From: Camelus dromedarius
Taxonomy: Eukaryota
Direction: 5' to 3'
Assembly: GCF_036321535.1 (NCBI RefSeq)
Contig: NC_087436.1
Span: 114,330,001 to 114,394,000 of the forward strand
Length of the DNA: 64,000 nucleotides
The position numbers were made by a program, and so were the translations under genes. Under the pieces are notes generated by a model. That model made no database searches and was not told the origin of the DNA. It saw only the letters and a program-made list of their open reading frames with translations. Positions 12,436 through 22,899 of the stretch are shown in pieces. How positions within the stretch are numbered: position 1 is the first letter of the stretch; each line of letters starts with the position of its first letter.

Positions 12436-13299
12436 GAATGCCAGTTAGTTCTTTTAGCAAAATCAGTCTTGGAATGAGTGTACTGAAACCCTCAGGCAGA
12501 GGCTTCTCAGGCTGGATTTTACACGCTATCAAAAGACAGATCAGCCAGCACATTAAAGCTGTTTGAAGCCTTCTTGAGTTTTATGCCTCAGTTGTTTGGA
12601 GTTGGAGACCTCTCAAGCTCTGGATTTTAAAATATGCCTTCTTTCTTTTTCTTTTCAATTTTGTTGACAACTTCCATTAGAGCCCTGTTATCCCTCTGGA
12701 TTGCTCCAATGTAACTGCTTTAGAGCTTAAAGAATGCATTTGCCAAGGTTGAAAGCCGACTGAAGCCTCCAGAGTTCAATGCTTCACCCTAAATTCCAAA
12801 CTTGTTTATGGTTCAAATTCATTCACACTTGGCATCAAAATCAACACATTCTGTGTCTTTAAAAAGACACTTCAAATGGGCTTTTAAAAAGAGTGTAAGC
12901 AGTGGGCATTAAATAATTCATCCAGACAGCTTTCATGAGCGCAAACGTGCAAATGAATAAGAATCATATAGGTAACATTTTACCTGATACCCACCTCCCC
13001 CCACAGAAAACAAATAAAAGGTTTGGAAGCAAGTCTGGAATTTCATAAACACACTGAGTTCCAACCACCTCATTAGTATAAATTAATACATTAGCCCAAT
13101 TCACTTCGGGTGCTCAAGTGGAAAACTTAGGTACAAATAAATTATTTGTATGAAAAGATATCTGCTTCATTGCACTAAATGGTCCTCTTGTGGCCCAAAG
13201 TGTTAATGATGCTTCCAGCTGCCTCTAATGACATGCACTAAAATCACACTTTGTTTAAATAAAGACAGAGGGCTATTACCAGTACTGGGAATTGGCGTG

Positions 13300-13530
13300 G
13301 CAGAAGGGAAGGAGCGTGCGCGAATTTAGAGTTAGATGCGGGTTCCAATTCTGGACCTGCCGTGTTCTAGCTGTGGGACTTTGTGCATGCTATTTGACCT
13401 CAATGAATCCTTGTTTCCTTGCTTTATAAATAAGAATGGTAAGAATAATTAAAAACTCTCTCTTAGGCGTGTTATAAGCAGTACTTTTGTGGAAGTGGCC
13501 AGCATAGTGATTGGCATCTGGGAATTATTA
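13300..13530 (+). mobile_element. MIR SINE
   Basis: 'gggttccaattctggacctgcc...tagctgtgggactttgtgcatgctatttgacctcaatgaatcc'. Confidence 0.7.
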
Positions 13531-14429
13531 TCTGAAACCCTTAGCTTCTCTGCACTCGGTGTTGCTACTCAATCAACATTGGACTCCTAACTGGTCTTTG
13601 AAGAAAAGCAGCTGGCTCAACGTGGCAGCACATCTTGTTGTCAACCCTCTGCCTGTTCCCCATTCCCTTCTCCAAGCACCTACATTTGAAGGGAGAGTCT
13701 TACACAACAGGGAAAGAACTCAGAGATCACACTGCCCTCCCTCTTTTCTTAACAAATCAGCAAACTAGTGTCCAAATATAGGAAGTAACTAGCTGGATGT
13801 CCCTCAGCTAATTAGCATAATTTCTTATCACTCTATTTCCCTGATCAAATATGAGGTGAATGGGACATGTTGTAAAATGCGTAGCATGCCTTCTCTGATT
13901 CAGGCAAGTTCTCAGGGACAGACCAGGGAATGGTTAGACAGCTCATGTGGTGGAAAACAGCCAATATCTGATCATCATTCAATGCTTATTAAATTTCCTT
14001 CCAGCACAAACCACTGCTGGAGTTGCTAAACATGGCTTAAAATAAACACGGAGGTAGGTCTGGGAGATCTGACAAATATCTAATCACTAAAATACCAGTG
14101 AGGATATATGAGGCAGCAGAGTCAACACGACCCACCTGAAGAACCAAATTAGAATGTTACTGTAAATTGCATGTACTTATTTTCTTCTAAAAAGGAATGT
14201 CATTTTAATAATCAACAAAACAAGTATTTATGTATACCTAGTTCTGTATGGGCTATTGTAGGAGAACAAAGGAAAAATAAAGTTATATAACATCGGTGTC
14301 TCCAAGGACTTTATGACTAGTTGGGTAGATAAAATGCAGCCCTGAAAGCTGGTTAACAATGTAATAGATACTAAATAGATGGTCGCTGAAGTGAACTGAA
14401 GGGAAAGCTGCCCGGGTTAATCCATCAAC

Positions 14430-14770
14430 AAATAATCTATTTTTTAGCAGCCACAGTATGCAAGTAACTGTATTAAACCTTGTAAAAATAAAGAATTAAA
14501 AAACATTACCTTTGTCTTCAAGATGATCTTACTTTGCTTGGGAGATGGCAAATAAATGGATAATTGTAATAGAACACAGGGCTACAGTGATAGGAATATG
14601 GACAAGGCATTGCGGAAACAGAGGAGAGATAAGAGAAGGCTTCCTGGTAGAGGTAACATACTAAATGCTGAGCATTAATGTTTTGAGAGATCTCGGCCAG
14701 AAGCAAGAGCCTTCTATATGCATGAGCCTAATGGGGAGGAGACAGAATTGAGAACACAGAGCCAAATTTT
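14430..14770 (-). mobile_element. L2 fragment
   Basis: 'atccatcaacaaataatctatt...tatgcaagtaactgt...agagaaggcttcctggtagaggtaaca'. Confidence 0.6.
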
Positions 14771-16039
14771 TAGATTTGAAAAGCCACTCTTCCGAGGAAG
14801 AAGCTTTGAGAATTTGGTTGGCTGATTGTATTTGAGAGAATTTCAAAAACTTGCCTTTTCATTTCTAGAGAAAAATTGAATGATGCAGACTTTATACCAC
14901 AATCCAGAGGGTGGAAAAGAACGAATAACAAAGAACAGCTTTCCCACCTCAAAGAAGGTAACAGTCCAAGCAGCCGATGAGAAGAGAAGGATGTGTCATG
15001 TCTAGACCCTGAAATCAAGAGCAGGCTCACAGCACAGATGCAGCCTCAAAAGAAGGAGGCAGCCACAAGAAAGAAGTGAGGCACGGGGTCCTACAGGTGC
15101 TCTCCCATGATGCCGATGAGATACATCTCCCCCTGGCAACCTCAATCACCCCGGAGGGGTCGATTTCAAAGATATTAAGTAAAAGTAAAAAATATAAGAG
15201 TTGCATATCCTTGGAAGAACCAGTGGTAGTAGTTCTAGAATGACACAAATATGAGGACACTGCCAAGAGAACGCCTCCACGTGCTGGGTTCTATTAAACC
15301 ACAGCATAAGCATGGCGCATCTTCCTGAACCACCTATTTTGCACAACGATTTGTGGCAAAACCTTATTTTTATGCTTAAACATACAGGGTATACTAAGGA
15401 GTAGAGTATAAGGTGTGTGTGAATGTTGAATACAAAATACAAGACTTCAAAGAAAAGTTCATTTCCCCAGATCCACCTATCCCACTATCTTCCCAGCCTC
15501 CCATCACATACAAAGTCTCTGTCCTCTGTTGCTGGATAAACTGTTTGACTAACACAGCTCTAGGACCTCCTGCTTGGAGCCCACCTCCCTCCCTGGAAGG
15601 CTGTGCCTGGACCTCACTGCTTCTGCTCTAACCAGAAGCACCATCCCTGATGAAACACGTTACTGCTTTTGGGAGATGTAAGGATTTTACTGGAAACCTT
15701 GTCTGCTCTTCCATTCAGTGATAAATTTGAGTATAATTTGCATGCTAGGCTCCATGTGAGAATTTCCTTTATAATTCACTCACAGGAAAAGCTTTGTTGC
15801 CCCGAAGAACTGATGTGTCCCTTCCTGAATCAAGAAGCATTATGTAATTTAACATGTGTGTCAAATTACATGTTACACTTCAAGTAAATGCACACACACA
15901 CACATATATATACACACACAATGGAATGCTCTACTCTCTTCCACTTTCCCCATCATCATTTGTGGTTCTAGATAATGAACCCAAGTACCCCCAGTGACCC
16001 CCAAGGACCTGCAGAATCCCTGCAGAGCAGTCGGCATGT

Positions 16040-16935
16040 AGGATACCATGGCAGACACCGGGTGTTGCTTACCCAAAGTCTGCACTCACTGAACTCCAAT
16101 TTTATTGAAGTATCCATCCCAGTATCAGCCTCATGTCCTAACTAGTGTAATGATGTTCTCTTGACTATTATAGTCCACGCATGGGCATGTAACTTAAGTA
16201 GGTCCCATAAGTCTGCTGAAGGCAACTCTCTCTTTCCTCTCCGCCTTTCTCTCCCGTCTTCTCTTTTCTTCTTCTTCTACCTCCTACTCTTCCCCCTCCT
16301 CCCCCTCCATCCTCCTCCTCCCCTCTCCCCCTCCCCTCTCCCCCTCTCCCCCTCCTCTCCCCCTCTCCCCCTCCTCTCCCTCCTCTCCCTCCTCCTCCTC
16401 CTACTCCTCCTCCTCCTCCTCCTCCTCCTCCTCCTCCTTCTTCTTCTTCTTCTTCTTCTTCTTCTTCTTCTTCTTCTTCTTCTTCTTCTCCTTCTTCTCC
16501 TTCTTCTCCTTCTTCTCCTTCTTCTTCTTCTTCTTCTTCTTCTTCTTCTTCTTCTTCTTCTTCTTCTTCTTCTTCTTCTTCTTCTTCTTCTTCTTCTTCT
16601 TCTTCTTCTCCTCCTCCTCCTCCTCCTCCTCCTTCTTCATTCTTTCCCTTTCTCTCTCTACCTAAGTATATTTCACTGGACGTGATCATGCGTGAATGTA
16701 ATGGCCTTAGAGGGAGCTATGAAAAAAAAAAGCAAACAAATAAAAAAACACTATCACACACAAAGGGGTAAAATCTAAGAGAATCACAGAAAAGAAACAG
16801 ATGCCTTTTGTTCCACACCCAGGACCTGCCTTCACCCTGACCGTCCTATCAAATGAGATAACATTTTTCTGTCGTTCAAGCCAGATCGAGTTGGAATTTC
16901 TGTTATTAGAGCCATCAGCACTCTAACTGGCATAT
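16040..16935 (+). mobile_element. Old MaLR LTR (MLT1J/K-like) interrupted by a microsatellite
   Basis: 'gggcatgtaacttaagtaggtcc' before the tract and an MLT1-type end 'tcaagccagatcgagttggaatttctgttattag...ctctaactggcata' after it. Confidence 0.5.
16228..16660. repeat. Compound polypyrimidine microsatellite: C-rich tract, (CCT)n, (TTC)17, TCC(TTCTTCTCC)3, (TTC)30, (TCC)8
   Basis: Counted directly: TTC x17 at 16438-16488, TTC x30 at 16519-16608, TCC x8 at 16609-16632. Confidence 0.97.
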
Positions 16936-17734
16936 AAACATCCAGTAAATATCTATCATGTAAACTAATGTCGTTGGATGTTGCTGAAAGCTGTCCACAG
17001 GCAGGGGACGTTCTGCAGATCCTCCTGGGACAGAGAATCTTGTGGGATGTGCTTCCATCATAACCAATTCCTTATTCCTGTCCAGAGCTCATTTGAATAA
17101 CTTTCTGAAGTTCCAAAAAGAGCTCCACTGGTGGATTAAGTGCATATGAGTCAAAAGGAGTCAAAATCATCTTTTCTCCCAACTAAAAATATCTCCTTTC
17201 TTGACTTTGTTTCGGTGCTGAAAATTCCCACCCTCTTCAATCAAACTAAAGAACATTTCTGTAAAAAAAATGCAATGCAAGCAGTCACAAAGAGGCACCA
17301 AGACCTGGGGTATTTCCAACCCATTCATACAGTGATGGACTGACCCAGCTACTATTCCCCCACCTCAGGCCACACTAGCTCTAAGACCAAGTGTGAGCCA
17401 GGATGCCAAGAGATGGGGTGGGGTTTCTAGACTAAAAGGAAAGAGGAAAGGGGCAGGAATCCAGACTGCTTCCATCTGAAGGATGACCCATGTTTCAGGG
17501 TCAGAGTTGCAGTGTGGAGAAAGCTGTGTTCACATGACTAGATGGACCTCCAGTCCTGGGCCTCAGCTGAGTGCCTTGCCTTGGCTGGATCTCTGCTGAG
17601 GGAGGAGAAGGAAGAGAAAAGCAAGTCTAGAGGAGATATTATAGTGAAGAGACTTTTGGAAGTCTTAGGAATGTAGTCCCCAAAACCTGGGGCAAAGACC
17701 CAAGGGAGGAGAGAATTACCATTAAAGGCAGCCT

Positions 17735-17905
17735 CGTTGTAGGGGGAAGAGAGCCTTCCTTAGGTTCAGGACATTTAACTCTAAACTCTAGACCTGCCAC
17801 TTAGTAGCCGTGTGATACTGAACAAGTGTTCTTAACCAGTTGGCTAAGTCTCAATTTTCTTATCTGTGAAAATCATAGAGTTATTCTTGGGATTTAATGA
17901 TGCAC
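17735..17905 (+). mobile_element. MIR fragment
   Basis: 'ctgccacttagtagccgtgtgatactgaacaagt...tctcaattttcttatctgtgaaaat'. Confidence 0.7.
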
Positions 17906-18452
17906 GTGATCTTTCTTAGTGATTTAAGTCATGCTGTGTAAACACAGCAGAGGCAATGCAAAGCCTCCAGCTGTCCAGTCTTTCCTAGCTCTGAAGGCAG
18001 TCAAGTAAGATGTAATGGCTATTTTTTTCCAAGTTCTAAAAGTCACTCTCCAACATTCAGATGAGATACCAAACTAAGAAACACTGCTTTGCGAGCAGCA
18101 CCACACTCACCCCAGCAAGACCCATGCCCCATGAATTGTCTGAACCAAAAAACACAGTGGGCATCCTCTCTAGCATGTAGGACAGGAGGTAAATTCACCT
18201 CCCTGTGCGTGGTAAAATAATGCGATGCTGCAGTTCCCACGCCTGCACGTGAGGCTGGTCCAGCACCTTCTGCCCAGTTCCCAGTGGCTGCTGCTAAATG
18301 AGAGTGTGGCCTGCTCAGGCTCCCCAGCTGAGTGCTGGATGGCTGGAGCCACCTGGACTTGGACGAGAGGAGGTGCAATGGTGAGGGGCATGAGCTCTGG
18401 AGCCGCATTCTGCCATGGTCTAGACTTGAGTCTAGGCAACGTATTTAAGCTC

Positions 18453-18587
18453 TTCCGGGAGCAATGAGGAGCAAAAGCAGGTATCAGAAATGGTAGGAAC
18501 CCATCCATGTTTGGAATCCCAGTGAGTAAATTTTAAAGTTTAAAACTTTAAAAGTTTAAATTAGCCTAAGGAAACTCGACGTCTGTC
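18453..18587 (+). repeat. Dispersed local duplication, copy 1
   Basis: Ungapped 63/77 match with 19880-19956, plus a shared 'gcctaaggaaactc' (18564-18577 / 19978-19991). Confidence 0.9.
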
Positions 18588-18589
18588 CC

Positions 18590-19025
18590 TGTGTTAGTTT
18601 CCTAGGCTTCCCATAAATTAACATAAAGTGAGTGGCTTAAAACAAAATAAAACAAAAATGCGTTCTCTCAGTTCTGGAAGCTAGAGATCTGAAATTAAGC
18701 TGTTAGCAGGGTTTCCTTCCCCTCAAAGACTGATAATGACTCCCTACCTGTCTCTTCCAGCCTCTCATGGTTCCTGCTGTTCTCTGGCTGCATAGCTTTA
18801 ATATTTACCTCCTTACTTTCACACAGCCTTTTCCCTGTGTGTCTCTCTGCATCCTCTCTTCTTTTCATAAAGACACCAATGATTGGATTCAAGGTCTACT
18901 CTAAATCCAGTGTGATTTCATCTCAATCCTTAACTAAATACATTCGTCCAAAACCCCTGTTTTCAAATAAAGTCACATTCAGCGCTCTGGATGGACATGA
19001 CTTTTGAGGGGGACATTATTCAGCT
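18590..19025 (-). mobile_element. MaLR solo LTR (MLT1B/C/D-like)
   Basis: 'tgtgttagtttcctaggct...gtggcttaaaacaa...cagttctggaagctaga...ataaagacaccaatgattgg...aaataaagtcacattc...gggggacattattcag'. Confidence 0.85.
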
Positions 19026-19029
19026 CCTG

Positions 19030-19165
19030 GTCTGTAAAACAGAGAGAACCCTGGGTGCCTGCCTTACCAGATGCTGTAATAAATAAGACAATACACATTG
19101 GAGAGTGTTTACTGTAGTGCCTGACATACAGAAAGCACTCAGCCAACACGACCTATGATACTATT
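19030..19165 (+). mobile_element. MIR 3' fragment
   Basis: 'tctgtaaaacagaga...agtgcctgacatacagaaagcactcag'. Confidence 0.6.
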
Positions 19166-19294
19166 AGGTTTACATCTACCAATAACTCACTCTCTCAACA
19201 TAGGTAATTATGTAACCTCTCATTTCCCGATTTTCTGCATTAAGTAAAAGGAAATGCTAATGCTTCAACAGTCCTGAGGTCCAGGGTTCCCCAG

Positions 19295-19496
19295 TTCAAG
19301 ACTTAGAAAACCTTTTCTTTATGGGGCCAGATAGTAAAGACTTTAGGCTTCATGGGCATATGGTCTTGGAGGCAACTTCTTAGTTCTGCCATCCCAGAGA
19401 GAAAGCAGCTATGGACAATGCAGAAGCAAAAGGGCATGACTGTGTTCCAGTACGTTTTATTTACAGAAAACAGATGGTGGGCTGCATTTGGCCCCC
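19295..19496. mobile_element. hAT-Charlie MITE (MER58A-like)
   Basis: 'gggccagatagtaaagactttaggctt...gaaagcagctatggacaat...tgtgttccagtacgttttatttacagaaaacag...atttggccc'. Confidence 0.85.
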
Positions 19497-19879
19497 TCTG
19501 TACTCTCTCTCCCCTCCAGCTAGCCCTCCCAAGCCTCTCTGGTAGACTTTCATAGAGTATCATCTCTCAGTGTTTTTTGCCTCGCCTCTGCTTCTGAACC
19601 TGCTTGTCACACTTAAGTTAGCCTTTTTCTTAAGTCATTAACCTCCTTCTAAATTATTATTTATGAAAGCATGTTATCACCTACCCTAGGCAGTGAGCTC
19701 CCTGAGGGAGGCCCAGGTGAGATCTGCCCTCATCACCCACATACTTTGCACATGGTGGGCTCCTGTTAGTGAACTTGGACAATGGTAAGGCTCCAACGGT
19801 TGCCTCCCCTCTGTTGGCTTCCAGAACCTATCCAGAGGTAATACTGAACTTCAGCTTTACGTAAGGGGTTTGACTATTG

Positions 19880-19999
19880 TTCCAGCAGCAATGAGTAGCA
19901 AGAGCGAGTATCAGAAATGATAGGGACACATCCATGCTTAGAATCCCAACAAGTAAGTACGCAAAAGACTAAACTTTGCCTAAGGAAACTCAGGCTGTC
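19880..19999 (+). repeat. Dispersed local duplication, copy 2
   Basis: Partner of 18453-18587, offset 1427 bp. Confidence 0.9.
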
Positions 20000-20084
20000 G
20001 TGATCAGATGGTCACATCTCCAGCAATCAATGTTGTCCGAAAAGTCATTGTTTTATCTCCCATGGAGATGAAAAGGTCTTAGGG

Positions 20085-20335
20085 AGGCAGTAAACCAAAT
20101 GGCTTGGACTCTGATATCAGGGCTGGTTTGAATCTTCCCTCTTCCACTCACTACTCTGTGACTATGTGACAATTATTTGATGTCCCTGAGACTAAGTTTT
20201 ATTACCTGTAAAGTAGGTATAATAAAAGCACCTCCCTCACAGGTTCTTGTGAGAACTGACTGAAATGGAGCATGGACAGTCCTCGGCACTGAGTCTGAGA
20301 GGACACTCAGGCCGTGTCAGGTAGTATCATTGCTA
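20085..20335 (+). mobile_element. MIR SINE
   Basis: 'ggtttgaatcttccctcttccactcactactctgtgactatgtgacaattatttga...ctgtaaagtaggtataataaaagcacctccctcacagg'. Confidence 0.8.
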
Positions 20336-20924
20336 CAGCAGTGTCACTTCTGTTACTCCTCCCAGTGCCGGCCTCAGGCTTTCTAGGAGCCGTCAGCGTT
20401 TACTTAGCAGCTTCACCTTTCTTCCCCAGTTTCTCCCAGGAACCGCCGTCTGCGCACTGTCACCTCTGCTAATGACACTGAATTGATACATCCTTCTCAG
20501 CTTCCTACCACACCGCGGTCAGATGCGGAATTCATTAACGTCTCAGGCAGACATTTTCTCTTCAAATCATAGTAACGTCCTGAATTAAAATTTGAATAAG
20601 CCTCAGGTCTTCTGGCCCAAAGTTGATGGCCACTGCCCCCTTTCCAGATCTCATTTTCTTAGGGTCAATTCTGCATGGTTATTTCTCTTTTGATCAAATT
20701 ACTAGCACGTGGGTAATAACATTTACTGAGTTTTTATCTCCAAAGCGATGTAAAGGCCTTTGAGTCCATGTGCTTATTCAGAGAATTTTCCGTCCTTAAT
20801 AAAAACAAGTTTCAGGCACCAACTTCAAAAGCTGATGCAGACAGCCCTGTCTCCTGGGGAGCAGGTGCACTACATGCATATTAACGTGCAAAAATCAGAA
20901 CTGGGAGGCAGGGTGGGGACTTCA

Positions 20925-21140
20925 AGGGCATGGGATGTGAAGCCAGAAGATAAGGGTTCTCTTTAGTGATATCTGACTTTGCCCAAGTCATTTAACCTCA
21001 GAGTCTCAGTTGATTGCTATGTAAAAATGGGGACCATAAATATGCCTCACTCATATCACAGTTTGTTGGAAGAAGTAAGTGAGATAATGGCTGCAGAAAT
21101 GATTGACAAGGCTGCGTAGATAGTATGCATTCATTATTAC
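20925..21140 (+). mobile_element. MIR SINE
   Basis: 'gactttgcccaagtcatttaacctcagagtctcagtttg...tgtaaaaatgggga'. Confidence 0.75.
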
Positions 21141-21274
21141 TTCCCAAAGGGGCCATTTTACCCAAATTTTGAGCCCCTTTGAATAAAACTAGAGGTTTGC
21201 CCCTTCCACTTCTCAAACAAAATGTTTCAAAGGCTCCCTTTACTCTGAAGGAATTGTTGTATATTCAGTAAGGA

Positions 21275-21450
21275 GTAATATTAACTGAGATCGAGCACTT
21301 ACTAAATTCCGCACACTATTTTAAGGGAATTTATGTAATCTTCAGAGAGCAGTCCTATAAAATATGCAATATTATTAGCTCCATTTCACAGATGACATGA
21401 CTGAGACACAAATGCATTTAACATCTTGTCCATGTTTACTCGAGAGAGGA
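21275..21450 (-). mobile_element. MIR SINE
   Basis: 'gagcacttacta...attattagctccatttcacagatgacatgactgagacaca'. Confidence 0.7.
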
Positions 21451-21468
21451 AGAGCTGTTTTTCTCATC

Positions 21469-21975
21469 CAATAGTTTTCAATATTGGTTCAAGGACTCCC
21501 AGAGATACTTTCAGGGGAGCCCGTGAAATCAAAATTATTTTCATAAAAGTGCTAAAACGTTATTTGACTTTTTCACTCTTATTCGTTTATAAGTGTACAA
21601 TGGAGTTTTCCAGAGCCCACATATGTTGTGATACCACAAGAGATTGAATGAAGAAACAAACAGGAAAATCTTGTTGTCTTCTACTAAACCAGAAGAGACT
21701 TGCAAAAATGTAATACAATGCCCGTCTTTTCACCTTTTTTCCCCAAGTTTTGGAAAATATAGTTATGTTTCATTTAAAATGTTATTTATTTTAACATGCA
21801 AAGTATTTTCATTGTTATTGTTAATAAATTAATAAATGCATACGTTTTAAAATTCTGTTTTAATTTTTAATATGGTAAAGATCAGTAGCTATGGTGAATG
21901 TAAACAATAGCTCTTTGGAGTCAATAGTTTCTTAGTGTGTGAAGTGGCCTGACACCCAAATCTTTGAGAACTCGA
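21469..21975 (+). mobile_element. hAT-Charlie non-autonomous DNA transposon (Charlie1b-like), near full length
   Basis: Degenerate TIRs 'caatagttttcaa' and 'ttgagaactcg'. Internal 'tgtacaatggagttttccagag', 'gattgaatgaagaa', 'ttggaaaatatagttat'. Length about 505 bp. Confidence 0.85.
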
Positions 21976-22399
21976 CTTTTAGCTAGACATGGTGTCTCTC
22001 CTAACCCCTCCCAAAACTGTATTGTTATTTCTAGTTGTTGATGAAGAAATTGAAGCTTAGAGAGGTTAAGTTGTTCAAGGTCACACAGCTTGCAATAAAA
22101 ACTTCTAAGAAACTGGAGTTCACCAGTATCTTTTTTTTTTTTCAGTTTATTGTGACTGTCCCTACCTTGTATGCTACCAGACACTTCAGCTGATATAAAA
22201 CTCTGCAATTCAGTTGCCTCTCTGTGTATAAAAGACTGCAGAATCTCAACAGTTCCAAAAAGTCTTATAATTTGCTTCTGACCTCTACTTGTTTGAATCT
22301 GGACAACACTGGAGGCTGCACACATTGTTCTTGCCTCTCTCCTCTGGCATCAGATTTCCTACAGGATGAGATCAAATGCCATTCTGACAGTGAACTTGA

Positions 22400-22865
22400 C
22401 GTGTGCCACTACAGACCATGGGCATGTCTCTTCCTCAGCGTTCACCTCCCTGCTATCAGAGTCCAAAGAGAAGATTTATCTTTGCTCTAAATCAGTTGTA
22501 GTGATCTTGTTTGACTTGACTAGTGGTTAGTTTAGAGAACGTCATGTGACTTAGTCCTGGTCAATAATGTAGAAGTCTATTCAGTTGAATGTCTAGAAAA
22601 CCACCACTGGTGGGGAAAAAATATAGATTTGAGGCATGATGTTCTTCCTACTTGGAATACAACTGTGAGGTCTGCCGGTTTTCAGTTTTCTTGAAATAAT
22701 GAGGTTACCAACATAAGAAAAACAAAAAAGGATAACAAAAATTCTTACATTATTGAGCTGTTGAGCTAGCACCAGATATTTCATGAGACAAAGAAGTCTC
22801 CATTTCTTTAAGTTACCTTTAGTCCATTATTCAGTTACCTGAAGCTAAATGCACTACCAACTGAA
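22400..22865 (+). mobile_element. Old MaLR LTR (MLT1J/K-like)
   Basis: 'gtcatgtgacttagtcctggtcaata' and a 3' end 'cagttacctgaagctaaatgcactaccaactga'. Confidence 0.5.
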
Positions 22866-22899
22866 AAAGAGAGCAAACTGCAGAGACATTTCCATGCAC

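Noticed and set aside
14869..14957. Plus-strand exon-like segment (cttttcatttctag|...AAG|gtaaca; peptide EKLNDADFIPQSRGWKRTNNKEQLSHLKE)
   Set aside because: It is 89 nt, the donor lacks +5 G, the peptide is unrecognised and there are no partner exons. It cannot be told apart from a pseudo-exon.
16161..16689. Poly-Leu, poly-Glu/Gly and poly-Lys ORFs of 79-174 aa
   Set aside because: They are translations of the stop-free TTC/TCC microsatellite, with no other coding evidence.
18453..19999. The duplicated units as tandem coding alternative exons
   Set aside because: No plus-strand frame is open in both copies, and copy 1 lacks the AG acceptor seen in copy 2.
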